Assembly: GCA_003971905.1 (NCBI GenBank)
Contig: RSEE01000014.1
Location: forward strand, 496,001-560,000
Direction: 5' to 3'
Origin: Moniliella sp. 'wahieum'
Lineage: Eukaryota
DNA length: 64,000 nucleotides
Shown here: positions 39,802 through 52,180 of the stretch, piece after piece
How positions within the stretch are numbered: position 1 is the first letter of the stretch
How the letters are laid out: every line of letters starts with the position of its first letter
The notes under the pieces: generated by a model
Seen by the model: only the letters and a program-made list of their open reading frames with translations
Databases searched by the model: none
Told to the model about the DNA's origin: nothing
Position numbers and translations under genes: made by a program

Positions 39802-42545
39802 TTACGCGACAAAATCCTGGTCCCCAATCCGATCCCAAGTGCGCTCCCGTTCTTCCGGCTGAGTCTCGTCCCAAAGGGCACTACCCGATCCTTTCGAGCT
39901 GGCCCCGACGGTGGTCGAGCCAGCGCGGCCGTACATTGATTTTTTCCAGACGATGGGCTGTGGAACAAGACCGAGAGGGTTAGCCAACGATTATTGCGGT
40001 CAGGGAGGAGACATACCTTGAGTGTCTTGAGTGCCCCACGAATGGGCTTGACAAAGGGCCGCAATGTAGCGGCACGTTCTTTATCTTCGTCCTGATCAGG
40101 ATTGTAGTAGTACCACGGTTCGAGTGCATTGCCCGCCGCATCCTTTCCAGCTCGCTCAATCGCATCAAACTGAGGAAGAGACTGGAGAAGGAGGATCAAG
40201 TACTCGGTCCATGCTTTGCGTTGGATCAGGGCCTTGCGTGCCTCCGATACCCCCTGGGCTACAGGCAAGGACCAAAGGGGTGAGCATCGCCTTGCTTCAT
40301 CCCCACCCGCTCTGCCTGCTCCCCGGCTTCACCTTGCAACAGACCCGCAGTCCCAGCCAATACTTGACGACAAGCTTCTCCGCCTGCCATGGTGGCGGTG
40401 CGGTGGAACACAACCACACCCGCCAAGAGACCAGGAAGGTCATACGTGGGCGCCAGTGCCCGTACCGCCTCCCGGGCCTGGTCCCTCGCCATCAACTCAT
40501 TTGCCTCACCCTTCGCGTCGGTCGGAGCGGGGGCTTCCTTACCGCCCCCACGGGTCGAACGGCGAGTTTTGGTCGATTTGGCTCGCTTTGAGGAAGGCAT
40601 GCTCTCGCGTTCACTCTCCCTGCCACTCATAGACTCATCTTGGCTGCGTTTCTTGCTCGAATCTTGGGAGGAAGCGGATAAGGGGTTTGGTAGATTGCTT
40701 GCCTTCAGCTGGAGTAGAAGTAGTAGGCGTTTCGCTCCTCTTGCGATTAGATTGTTTCGACATCTTAGCTGCAGGGGAAGCAGGGGGTTTGGTCCCTGCA
40801 GTGACGAGACGCCGAGGTACGGTCTTAGTAGTCAAAGTCACCGCTGGAATCTTGGAGCGGAAATTGTGCTTGACTGATCCATTCGGAGCATCAACCCGTT
40901 CACCTTCAAGTGAGTTTTCTTTAACGGGGCCCTTGATGGCAGCGGTGCGGTCACGGTGGAGCCAGAATTAGCGGCAGCAGGGTGTTGGATTGGTTCTTGA
41001 GAGGGTGCGATCGCCTGTTCTTTGACAGCCTGGCTGGTCGTGGGAGCGGGAGCAGGCTCCTGGCAGGGCTCTGCAGATGGGATGGGCGAAGAGCGGGTTG
41101 CAATTTCCGTCAGGTCACTTGAGGGAACCTCCACATCGGCTTCAAGTGTCTGGCACGGGGCGGGGGCAGGTGCCATCAAAGAGGTCTCCATGTCTGGAAC
41201 AGGAAGAGTAACATCAAGCTCGGTGTCCGACTCGAGCTCTTGGGCTTGCACTGCATCTCCTCTTGTTGTCCAGGAACCGGTGTAAACCGGCGCTGAGGAC
41301 TGGGGCACATGCTCACCTCGCGTTCCGGCGATTCCCGCACAAGAGTAGGAGGAGATGAGGGAATGGCAAGACCAAGCGGGGGCGAGGACCGCAGCGCAAA
41401 CGCGTCCGGACAGGGCGACGAGCTGCGCACCGAACAAGGTGGGGAGGAGGAGTTGTGTCCCCCGCGGCTGCGTGAGAATGGGAAGGATACGTGTCCATGT
41501 CTTCATCCGAGCCAAGCTCAAGTTCCTGCACTTCGGGCAAGGAGCGAAGCACCTTGAAGGCCTTGGAGATGGCTCGATCGCGTCGCTAGAGGGCACCAGA
41601 GTCGTATCGGATTTGAGCTCGGTGTCGTACAAGGGAGACGAGGCCCGCATTTGCACATCCTTTTGTGACTGATCGAGATGGGCTTCTTGCACACCAGGGA
41701 CAGAGAACCGAACGCGGGCAATACGACGGATCGCCTCGTCCTCGGTCTCAGTGTCGTCATCGTCGATTGGGAGGACAACAGGTGCGCGGTCATCGTCGAA
41801 AGAAACTGGGAAAGTCTTGTGCTGCTCGACGGAAGTGCAGGCGACGGTCGGTAGAGTCGGGGCTGACACCTCTGAGGCCTTTGGTGCCTGTGGGCGGACA
41901 TTGGGAAGGTGCTCGACAACATAGACGCGGATACCGAAAAAGTCCAACTCGGTTGCAGCAGGAAGAGAAAGGTGGTCTTTGGCGTCAGAGAGCACGTTGG
42001 GTTGGGGACCCTCTTCGACCTCAAAGTCAAGTTGGTCGAAGAGATTGGCAACTTGGTCTTTGGGCAGCTCCAGGGTACCGAGGGCAAGGCGATGGGAGGT
42101 GCGGGGACGGCAGCGAGTGCCATCGATCAAAAGTCCGTTCTGGCCCACAACACGAATAACCCAATGACCTTTGGGGCCGATTTGAACCCACTCCACGACT
42201 GCGTGAGCGCGACTCACATGACGCGCCTCGGCGGGGAGGGCAATGCTGCGTGACACGACATCGTTCGTGGACGCGGTAGGACTGCCAGCAACGGCGCGCG
42301 ACCGAGGGTGACATGCACGCCACGAGAGACGACAAGCAGGTAGCCGGGGCGTCAGATGAAGCCGAGGGTGCGTTGGGATGGTGGCGTGCGCGCGTTGCGG
42401 GAACGATGGCGGACGGAACGCGGTAGAGCGCCGCCGAGGGCGAGGGCGTACGCGCGGAAGGCAGGTCGGGGTAGTGGTAGGCAGATGTGCCGATCTTGAT
42501 GGGCGAGGTCCCGGGGGCAGCAAAGCCAGGGGAAAGGATAGCCAT
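39802..42545 (-). CDS. FHA-domain protein, Tos4/Plm2-like
   Basis: ARHVSRAHAVVEW..VVGQNGLLIDG (FHA) and the C-terminal AGKDAAGNALEPWYYYNPDQDEDKER. Intron 39958-40016 leads to PIVWKK..FVA*. Confidence 0.75.
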
Positions 42546-43360
42546 GGCTCGATGATGGAGGAACGGCGAAGGCGGGAGGGGGGGCTGGTGGGGGCGCAGA
42601 GAAAAGAAAGCTGCACGCGTCTGGCCCACGCTCGTGTCTTCTGCGTGCACCCTGCTGGCGGACAGAACCCTACGCGCTGCGCGCCGCTGTCGCATCGCGT
42701 CGGGCAGACATGGCACGAGCCACCGGTTTGGGCGGAAGGCGGAATGGACGCGCCGGCCGGTGAAAGTTGCAAGTCGGTGGCTGGCCGCAAGCAACGCGCT
42801 TTCAATTTCAGCCCAAGCTCTGTTCGTTTCAAATGTGCCGCCGGCTACAAACGCGACGGGTGGGGCTGTCACAAGCCTGGTGTGTCCTGGGTGCGCTGTG
42901 CGGCGTCGTGCCGGTCGGGGCAGCTGCAATCCCGCGCTGTACCGCCGCGCCTGCCGCTGCATGCCGCCCTGCTGTGACCGGCAGACCTGTTCTGCCTGGT
43001 TTAAAAGCTCGTGACATGTGACAGCCGGCAACCCTAATACTCTGCAGGGCCCCGTGCCTGTCGTTGCCGTCAGAATGCAACACACGCGCCTCGTGCCGGA
43101 TGAATGGCCGATCCACGCATTCCAGGCGTCTCACCTCGCCGCCTGGCGCCTGAGCGCCAGAGCAGTACTGTGCCAGACATCGAGTTTAGTGTGCTGCAAT
43201 CCTAATTAGGCCTTAGGACTCCCATCGTATCCGCCTTGCACCCCGTCGCAGCAACCCACAAGTTTTGCCCTCCGTGGGCCCTCTCACCTTCCTCCCCCAC
43301 AACCTTCCCTTGCGCTCCCTTCTCCTCCTGCCTCCTCCACACTCTCTTCAGCCGCCGTCC

Positions 43361-44691
43361 CATGCCCCTCAATCTGGCTGCGGCCCATGCTGGCATGGCT
43401 CGCTCTTTCGCCTCCCTTCCGGCCCCATCGCTACCTACATCTACACGGCCGCAAGCTCACTCTGCTAGGCCCTTTGGTCATCCATCCAATGCTCCGACAC
43501 CTGTCACTTTTCGCCCGCCAGGCTGCGGCGACCGCGGCAGTCGCGTCCTCTTCCCTCTCCTACTCCAGGCACTCCAATCCACTATTTTCGGGTACCGACC
43601 GACGTGTCATTCAATCCGAGATCAAGACTATGCACGCGGATCAACTGCTGCGTTTCGACAACAGTTCTAGCATTACCGTAAATGCCATCATTGCGGTGGT
43701 TGTTGTTTTGGGTGGTGTCTTTTTGGCTTGCATCTCGTGTCTGCCATCCTGAGCAAAACCAATGCCCCCCGACACGAAGCCTTCCCGTACGCCCAGGCGG
43801 CAGGACCACCATCAATGTACCAGCCTAGTGCATCGAGGTCTAGCTCGAAATTCTTCAAGCACCCCACTACTTCGGAGCTGGACTACCCCGCTCACCTGTT
43901 TGAATCGGGAGCTGCGCCGGCTGGTGACATTTCGCAGCACAGGCACTGGATCCTCAGCCTTGAGTTTGTCAGGTCTAGCTATGCCCTCCCGTCGCAGTAT
44001 CAATTCCGGGCCATCTCAATCGTACCAACCTCCAGGTAACCCAACATTGCCGTCGGCAGCAGGCTCTGGGAGGGTTCATTACAATGGCCGTGAGATGACC
44101 ATCAACATGGCGGGGCCTGATGCCAATGCTGAAGCGAAGCGTGCGGCCGAAGAGCGTCTCAATCGTGAACGGAATCGCCGCAGCACCATCATTCGCGGCC
44201 CTCCTCCCATGACTGATGGGAAGCGTGCGAGTCGATACAGTCGGTTGTCGATTGTTGCGAAACAGCCGCAACGCAAGCGCCAACATCGCGTTTCCATCCA
44301 CTCTACCTCTGACGCCATCGAGGGCACGAAGGGAAATATTTCTGCTCGCAGGCGTGGCGTCACGTCTACCGGTGCTGGTATGGTGCGTACTCCCAGTAAC
44401 GGTGGAAAGGCGATGACGAGAGCAGCGGCTACGCGGGCCGTCGCGGGAGCCCTCACAAATCCACTCGCGCGTACCGAGGCGCCCATCCAACCCGGTCGCC
44501 AAAGTCCATCGCCTTTTGACACTACGGCGGTCAGTATGATCTCGGCTGATTCGGATAGAATGTATGATGCGATCTCGGCTTACGACTCCGTCGAACCCGA
44601 ATGGAGTGCTGCCACACCAGAGTCCCAGGTTAATCTGCTGGACCCGCTCCAGACTCATGGGCCTGGTCCCTTTGTCATCGCCCATGGCTAA
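43361..44691 (+). CDS. Hypothetical single-pass membrane protein
   Basis: Hydrophobic segment NAIIAVVVVLGGVFLACISCL followed by a long Ser/Arg-rich ORF ending at 44691, then a pyrimidine-rich 3' region. Frameshifted; start uncertain. Confidence 0.45.
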
Positions 44692-45645
44692 AGTCGCATG
44701 CATTATTTTTATTGAGGAGGAGAGTGCCGATATTCTTCCCTTCCTCGTCGTTCTCTTTCACTTATTGGCTTTCCCACCACGATTCTGCCCTATGCCCTTT
44801 TCGCGTGCCCTGCTTTCTCAGCTACCTTGCAACTCTCAGGCACATTACCTATGTGTGCTGAGTCCTGATTGAGTTGGGCGCTTTTCGGACTCTTTTCTCC
44901 TTTTTTGGGGTTTTGTTCTCTACCTTCGTCTTTCGTTTGCGAGATATCCGAGAGGTCCCACCTCTCTTCTTGTCAGACTGGCCCCGAAAACTTGGTTCTC
45001 TATTGCTTTCATGCGGTAAACGGGGTCGTTTTTTTGCCCTGGTGCGGTGCACCTTGTGAAAATTTCCCTCCCCGGTCGTCTCCCCGACTTGATGTATTAT
45101 CTCTTCCCCTACTCCCTCTCGTCTTTGGGTTCTACTCTCCTACTCCGGTTATGAAACGCTACCACCCCCCACTGCTACCACATCGTGACGGGATACGTAG
45201 TAGAGGGATGCTTTCTTTCTCACGTGGAGTATATTCGGTGGACGTGGCGGGCTCCTTTCATAGTCTGCGGGACCAATGGTGTCCTCAAGACGCTGATGAC
45301 GGTGACGGTGCTAGTATTCTTTCGGGTTTCGCGCGTTTACCGGATTATCATCAAAAACCGAACATTAGCGGAACGAGGTAGATTTGTGCTGTTTATAGGT
45401 GCGCCAAAGTGATGCGTGGACTTGATCACTGAGATCACCCACGCTCGATGATGCTTAGCTCAGCTCCTCACTCGGACATGGTATGTGTAAAAGCGGTAGA
45501 AGCGGAGAAAACACTGGACGGCGACCGAAATGGCCGGTCACGCGTCACGTAGGCTGTTGCCAGTGAGCATTACCAATAGGCTCCCCTTGCACTGCTCCTG
45601 TGCCACGTGGTTTATCCCCATGGTTTTGTTCGGACTTGACACGCC

Positions 45646-45700
45646 TCATGCTTCAAGCTTCACTCACCGGTCACCGGTCACCGGTCACCGCTTCAAGCTC
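45646..45700. repeat. (TCAAGCT) then (TCACCGG)3 array upstream of LEU1
   Basis: tcatgcttcaagcttcactcaccggtcaccggtcaccggtcaccg. Confidence 0.9.
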
Positions 45701-45837
45701 CAAGTTTCAGAGCATGTCTTCTCCGCGCCTTCCCCTGCGCCACTATTTCCGCGTCGGCTTTTCAATGCTGCCTCCAAGACGACACCTTTTCCACCCTTCC
45801 ACCGTCTGACACTTCCTTTCCCCCTCCCATCTCCACC

Positions 45838-48138
45838 ATGGCGCCGCGCACCCTCTACCAGAAGATCTTTGACGACCATCTCATCCGGGAGGAGGAAGAT
45901 GGCACCTGCCTTATCTACATTGACCGCCACCTTGTCCATGAGGTAACTTCGCCGCAAGCATTCGAAGGCCTGCGTCTCGCAAATCGTCCTGTGCGTCGCA
46001 CCGACTGCACTCTCGCCACTGTCGACCACAACATCCCTACTAGCAGCAGGAAAAAGTACGTGAATACGGCCTCGTTTATCGAGGAACCCAGCTCGCGCAC
46101 CCAAGTCGTCACCCTCGAGCACAATGTCAAGGAATTCGGCCTTACCTTCTTTGGCATGACCGACGATCGACAAGGCATTGTCCATGTCATTGGCCCCGAG
46201 CAGGGCTTTACCCTCCCTGGTGCTACAATTGTCTGCGGTGACTCGCACACCTCTACCCATGGCGCCTTTGGTGCGCTAGCCTTTGGCATTGGTACCTCCG
46301 AAGTGGAACACGTCCTCGCGACGCAGACCATCATCCAAAAGCGGGCCAAAAACATGCGCGTCCAAGTCGATGGCGAGCTTGCGCCTGGAGTCAACTCGAA
46401 GGACATTGTTCTCCATGTTATTGGACTTATTGGTACCGCGGGGGGTACTGGGAGCGTGATTGAGTTTTGCGGGACGACAATCGAGAAGCTGTCGATGGAG
46501 GCGCGCATGTCGATCTGCAACATGTCTATTGAGGCGGCGCACGTGCCGGTCTTATTGCTCCCGATGAGGTCACGTTTGCGTACTTGAAGAACCGCCCGCT
46601 CGCTCCCAAGGGCGAAGAGTGGGAGAAGGCGGTGGCATACTGGAAGTCACTCCCTTCCGACCCGGACGCCAAGTACGATGTGGTGGTCAAGATTGATGCT
46701 AAGGACATTCCTCCCACTGTCACCTGGGGCACCTCGCCTCAGGATGCGATCAGTATTACCGCATCGGTTCCCGACCCGGCCAAGGCTAAGGACGAGACAC
46801 AAGCTGCTGCCTGGAAGCGCTCACTAACCTACATGGGTCTTGAGCCTAACACGCCCATGGAGCAAATCAAAATCGATAAAGTTTTTATCGGTTCGTGCAC
46901 CAACTCGCGTATTGAGGATCTGCGCAGCGCCGCTCAGGTGCTCCAGGGCCGCAAAGTGGCGGAGGGAGTGTACGCCATGCTCGTGCCCGGATCGGGCTTG
47001 ATCAAGAAGCAAGCCGAGGCTGAGGGCCTGGACAAGGTGTTCAAGGCGGCTGGGTTTGACTGGCGCGAGGCTGGCTGCTCCATGTGTCTGGGCATGAACC
47101 CGGACCAGCTCGAGCCTGGGGAACGCTGCGCCTCTACGTCCAACCGTAACTTTGAGGGCCGGCAGGGACCTGGGGGTCGCACTCACCTCGTCTCTCCTGC
47201 CATGGCTGCCGCTGCGGCTGTGACGGGGCATCTGACTGATGTGCGTACTCTCCTTGCCGGCTCGCCCAAGACTACCGCGGCTTATGCCCAAGTGGAGATC
47301 CTGGACGGCAAGACCTTCCTTCCCCCTGCGGAGGCCCCACCCACCCCACAGCCGGAGGAGCCGCAGGCTCCTGTGGATGCACCCCCGAGTCAAACTGATG
47401 AGGACCGTTTGGAGGATGTACCAATCAGTATGGAGACCACGGCAGGCAGTGGACTCAAAACGTTCACCACCCTCTCAGGCATTGCAGCCCCGATTGAGCG
47501 GGCCAATGTGGACACGGACTTGATTATCCCGGCCAAGTTCCTCAAGGTGATCACTCGTTCGGGTCTGGGAGGAGCACTGCTCAATACGCTCCGCTACAAC
47601 AAGGACACTGGGGCGCCAAATCCCGATTTTGTCCTCAATCAAGAGCCCTGGTCGCATGCCAAGTTTATTGTGGCCGGGCCTAACTGGGGCTGTGGTTCGT
47701 CGCGTGAGCATGCGGCCTGGTCCTTGCTTGACTTTGGCATCCGTGCCGTCATTGCGCCTTCAATTGCCGATATTCACGCCACCAACCTGTCTAAGAATGG
47801 GATTGTGGGTGTTGTCCTTCCCCAAGAACAAGTGGACCGGGTTATGACAGATGCCAAGACTGCCAAGACTGTGAAGGTGGATCTACCGAACCAGGTGGTG
47901 GTACTCGAGGACGGTTCTAGTTTCCCCTTCTCCATCTCGCCATTTACCAAGCACTGTCTTATCAATGGTTTGGACGACATTAGTCTCACCCTCCAGCACG
48001 AGAAGGCTATCGAGTCCTTTGAGAAGACGCGCTCTTCGAAACCCTTGGCTCAATGGCGTGGGCTACAAGGGCCCCGGCCCCAAAGCTATTCCTATCATCT
48101 CGGGCGACGCTGTCAAGAAGCAAAAAATTGACTGGTAA
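45838..48138 (+). CDS. LEU1: 3-isopropylmalate dehydratase (fused large and small subunits)
   Basis: [72 protein letters not shown], terminal IDW*. No introns seen; frameshifts near 46540 and 48040. Confidence 0.97.
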
Positions 48139-49473
48139 AGCAGTCTCACTATGTCATCTTGTTGTTATACGTCGGCCCGGTTATGCATGGTAACACCGCT
48201 CTTTTTTCTGCAAGCACTTTTCTCTGGACATAGTATTTCTCGATAGATAGTCTCTTAGTTTGTTTGTCCTGCTAGCACCTCATCGACGGTGTCATTCTTC
48301 CGAATGCAACTCTCGTTTGCAGTGGACATCGCAAACTCAACTAAGAGCTGCCTACCTCACTCTGAGAGATCGACCCGAAAAGCATGCAAAGTAATACAGC
48401 CACTACGTCGGAGATCATGCCCGGGACATTCGAGGACCTGAGAGTCCCCCTGAGGCTGTTGGCCGTATTGCGGTGATTCGATGTGGATCAATATGTTTCC
48501 GGAAATGCCTGGAAAGGCGCCTGAGGCCTGACCCTCTACCGCGACTTGTGTGCTCTCAATATGCGTGGGCCTGCTGTGCTAGCATGTGATGCTCGCCACT
48601 CCCTCATCGAGTCATGCGCATCTCATATCTCTTCTTTTGTGCACAGTTCTGAGAAAATATTAGCCGCATCCACAGAGCCGCGGATTTGCTTCTAGATGAA
48701 GCCGTCGATAGCCCGCCACCGTGGTGTCAATGTGTCAACAGGCATGGTGTGCTTGCTTCTGGACTTGTTCCATCTGCATAGAAAATCGGCGGCTGACGAG
48801 ATGACGCGGCACTCCCGTATTTTGTGTGGAGTCACAAGTGTCATACTCGAGCCCCCGCAGCGGATGCTATATCCGCGTTTAACGTTTGCCAGTCGCAGTT
48901 GGCCAGTGGAGGGTGACCGGTGAGCGAAACGTTGAAACACGATCAACTCCGCACTCCGGAGTAAGTTGATCGTTGACGCGTGAGTGAGGCGGGGTCGATG
49001 ATCCGGCCCGACCCGACCATCGATCTGAAGCAGTCTCGTCCGCCTAACGCCCGCCAGCGCACCGCTCGCCCAACCACATGGCTGGCGACCGCTGTGACTC
49101 GGGTCACCGGTGAGCTGCCACAATGACCAGTGAACGGGTTAGTGTATTTTTTCGCCACCATCGCAGCTCAGCGTGTGGGTGCTTGCAGCTACGCCCCCAC
49201 CATCTCCCCCGTCGCCGCAGTCATCCTCATAACCAGCACGGGACCCCGCCACAACCTTCCAAGCAGCCCCCCTTGTCTACATCATTTGCGCGCCCGCCCA
49301 CCTCTCAATCCTGGTATCCGGCCCCGCCTGCGTCCAGGTATGCGCGCCAGCCCCCACACTACTGTCCCATCTGTCGAGTGCAAAGGACGCCAACTACTCA
49401 GACTGAGTGCTGACCATCTCTTCTCTATTTCCCGGTTCAACAGCAGCCTTCCCTCTCCTCATCATTGTTTTGA

Positions 49474-51111
49474 ATGAGCAACTCGCCACGAGGTTTCCAT
49501 GATCAAGCTACTGCACAACATATAACGACGGACCGGATTGCAAGGCTGGAGGAGCGGGCGGCTTTTGGAGTAGAAGCGGATTCCTGCATGCCTGCGATGT
49601 ATCCCACCTTGCCCCGTTCGCGTCGTGATTCTCCTCGGGAACCTTGCAGGGCACTTGCGATGGAATCTCCCGCTTCTTTCGACATAGAGGAGCGAGGAGA
49701 TGAAGAAGGCCCTCGCCGCAAGAAGCCCAAGCTCGGTCCCCTTTCTTCTTCCAGCCACGGCTTACCCTCGCGCTGCACTCGTCATTGCAAGCCTGAAGGG
49801 GCTTCTGAACGCAAGCGTTCCTATAAGCTCCTCGGTTCATTCACTTGTCCCATTTGTCTCGACGTGATAAAAAATGCTGTGGCTACCCCTTGTGGCCACA
49901 TGATGTGCGGTGAATGTCTCTTCAACATCTTCAAAGCAGATGCCTTGACGAAGCAAGAGAAGGACCGTGGTCAGCAGCGTTTGGCGGTGCTGTGTGATAT
50001 GGCTCGAGGGGTACCGGAAACTCCAGTGTCTCCAGCTCTTTCCGGCTCGAGTACCCAAAGCCGGGCCCTCTACTTTCTATCTGCCCAACAAATCGCCAAC
50101 GTCCTCGAATCCGCCACTCGATCCACCACTCAATACTGGCTCATTCGCTTTATTGAGAATGCTCGGACCAAGGTGGGTCATAGGGCCCACCGATCTTGGT
50201 CCAACTTCCTCTGTGAACTTCTTCGTATGGCTATCTGCACCGGGAGTATCTCTAGCGAGGGAGGGGCCACCTCAGGGTCGGTTCAAGATATGGGTGTATT
50301 CCTCGCCACGGCCTCCTCCTCTCACCTGGCGTCGTTACTCTGTTCCACCCGGGCACCCAAAGGCACTATCGAGCAGGCCGCCCTAGATGCCGGAATCAAG
50401 CTTTCCGCCAATCGATCGGTTGATCTGGATCTTCAAACCTGTAACTCATCCCTTGGCGCCTTACCGGTGATTTGGTCCTTGTTCTCCACCGCTGCACCCG
50501 ACTGGGTCCAAGTATTTGACCAACTTAAGAGCGCCACTGAGTTGATTGAGGTGATACGGAAGACGGGCGTGCGCCTGTCGCTACAAGAGCCGTTGGCCCA
50601 GGGTTTCTTACCCAATGCGTCCTCTGACGGTCTGTCTTTAGTATCGGTACTGGACATTGCCCAAGCAAACGACACGAGCCAAGTGCTTTCCTCAGCCGAT
50701 GCTCCGAGCCCAGCTGTGTATCAAGTCCTGGACCAGCTGTCGGCCTGTCTTTGGACACTGACGGATCCTACCCGGACCTTCGACGAATTTCTTGCTGCGG
50801 CGCAAAGCCAGCGTGCCGATGCATTTAGACGTCGGGATCCTCACAGCCCCTCACGTTTCCGTCTCACTGCGGACGAGTTGGACCCTTTGCTCGGTACGCC
50901 TTGCCCTGTTTGTCGGACCTCCATAGCCGGTGGCTTCTTTGGCAAGATCCAACGGCAAGGAGTGCAAGGCCTCAAATTCAAGATGGGTAAACCGCTTCAG
51001 GACGCTGCTTCTCCAGTTGCCGGTGGCAGTCACCCATGGCTCAAAAGAGAGCCGACAGTCGCCACAACACCTACTGATGGTCAACGAGAGCTTCCCCTGC
51101 CATCATCGTAA
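49474..51111 (+). CDS. C3HC4 RING protein (Slx8/RNF4-like, tentative) with a long insertion inside the RING
   Basis: Uninterrupted 545-aa ORF. CPIC..TPCGHMMCGEC at 49846-49917; CPVCR at 50902; C-terminal VQGLKFK. Confidence 0.7.
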   Translation: MSNSPRGFHDQATAQHITTDRIARLEERAAFGVEADSCMPAMYPTLPRSRRDSPREPCRALAMESPASFDIEERGDEEGPRRKKPKLGPLSSSSHGLPSRCTRHCKPEGASERKRSYKLLGSFTCPICLDVIKNAVATPCGHMMCGECLFNIFKADALTKQEKDRGQQRLAVLCDMARGVPETPVSPALSGSSTQSRALYFLSAQQIANVLESATRSTTQYWLIRFIENARTKVGHRAHRSWSNFLCELLRMAICTGSISSEGGATSGSVQDMGVFLATASSSHLASLLCSTRAPKGTIEQAALDAGIKLSANRSVDLDLQTCNSSLGALPVIWSLFSTAAPDWVQVFDQLKSATELIEVIRKTGVRLSLQEPLAQGFLPNASSDGLSLVSVLDIAQANDTSQVLSSADAPSPAVYQVLDQLSACLWTLTDPTRTFDEFLAAAQSQRADAFRRRDPHSPSRFRLTADELDPLLGTPCPVCRTSIAGGFFGKIQRQGVQGLKFKMGKPLQDAASPVAGGSHPWLKREPTVATTPTDGQRELPLPSS

Positions 51112-51762
51112 CCCCACGTGAGACCTTCCCTTCCGGTGGAATACGCGGTTCTTTCCCCCAAGGAAAGAGGGTGATTAAGCGGGAGGTGTATTATGTATGA
51201 GTTTGCCCCTTTACTTGGCGGCAGACGCGTGTGGAATCATCATCATCTTTAATTCAAAAAGGATTGTTGGTATCGGGGCGAGTCGTCTAGCTTCGATAGA
51301 GAACACAGATAGTAGAACACTGCTTCACCGACTCGATCTTTCGGTGCATGCACTTTCGTTGGTCGTTGATGAACGAGTTGACTATAGAGCTCGTTGGCAA
51401 AGCATTGTGGTGTGCTTGAAGGAATGAGATGAGTATTGGTGTTTCAAGCAATACGCTTTACGCGCGCGTTCCGGCTCATCCTGTTTGAGGTTGGTTGAGC
51501 GGAGGGACTTTTTGGTATACTTGCCTCTCACGGTGCCTATCCAATGCCTATATGGGACGCTTGCCGAACACACGTCAAGCAACTGTCGCGCCGTGGGAAC
51601 CTGTGACCGAAAACAGTGCCCCGACTAATAAAGCTGGGAGGTCGATCATGACCACCGAGGTGGAAGAAGATCGAGTGGAGGTAGTATCGGTCGTCGAAAG
51701 AAAATACAGGGGAATAGCCAGGAGGAGCATAGAAGTTCGTTCTCTCGAACGAGCCACCAGCT

Positions 51763-52180
51763 TCAACCTTCAAGCTTCAAGCTTCAAGCAACTTCAAGCT
51801 CTTCAAGCTCTTCAAGCTCTTCAAGCTGCTTCAAGAGCTTCAAGTGAATCCCGGCATGCATCAGGTCACGCGCTACACTTTTAAGTCGCGAGGACTTGGT
51901 GACGCCGATAACGCATGACGCGTGACGCGTGACACATGTGACACCTCACGTGTGAGGCCTCAGCCCCTCAGCGCTCAGCGCCTCAGCCTGAGGTCAGGCC
52001 GTCAGAACTCAGTTACTCAAGTACTTAGTCACACTAGTCACTGCCACTGTGGGACAGGTTCAAAATGTTCAGGAGACGTTCAGGCCCTCAGCGCCTCAGC
52101 GGCGCTCAGCCGCTCAGCTGAGCCGCTCACGCTCAGGCCAGGTTAGGCCATCGATCATCGACGTCATCGAATCGATCCTC
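51763..52180. repeat. Mosaic of TCA/TGA-palindrome arrays (AGCT, CGCG, GGCC, GCGC, TCGA cores)
   Basis: Direct reading; see findings. Confidence 0.85.

Noticed and set aside
45667..45688. Canonical Leu3 site upstream of LEU1
   Set aside because: Spacing is CCG-N5-CGG, not N4, and the sequence is explained by the heptamer array.
49918..50901. Intein within the RING domain
   Set aside because: No recognisable splicing blocks, terminal HN-C/S/T or LAGLIDADG motifs.
51763..52180. CRISPR array or telomeric repeat
   Set aside because: Eukaryotic context, 7-9 bp units, no unique spacers, no cas genes, and not TTAGGG-like.
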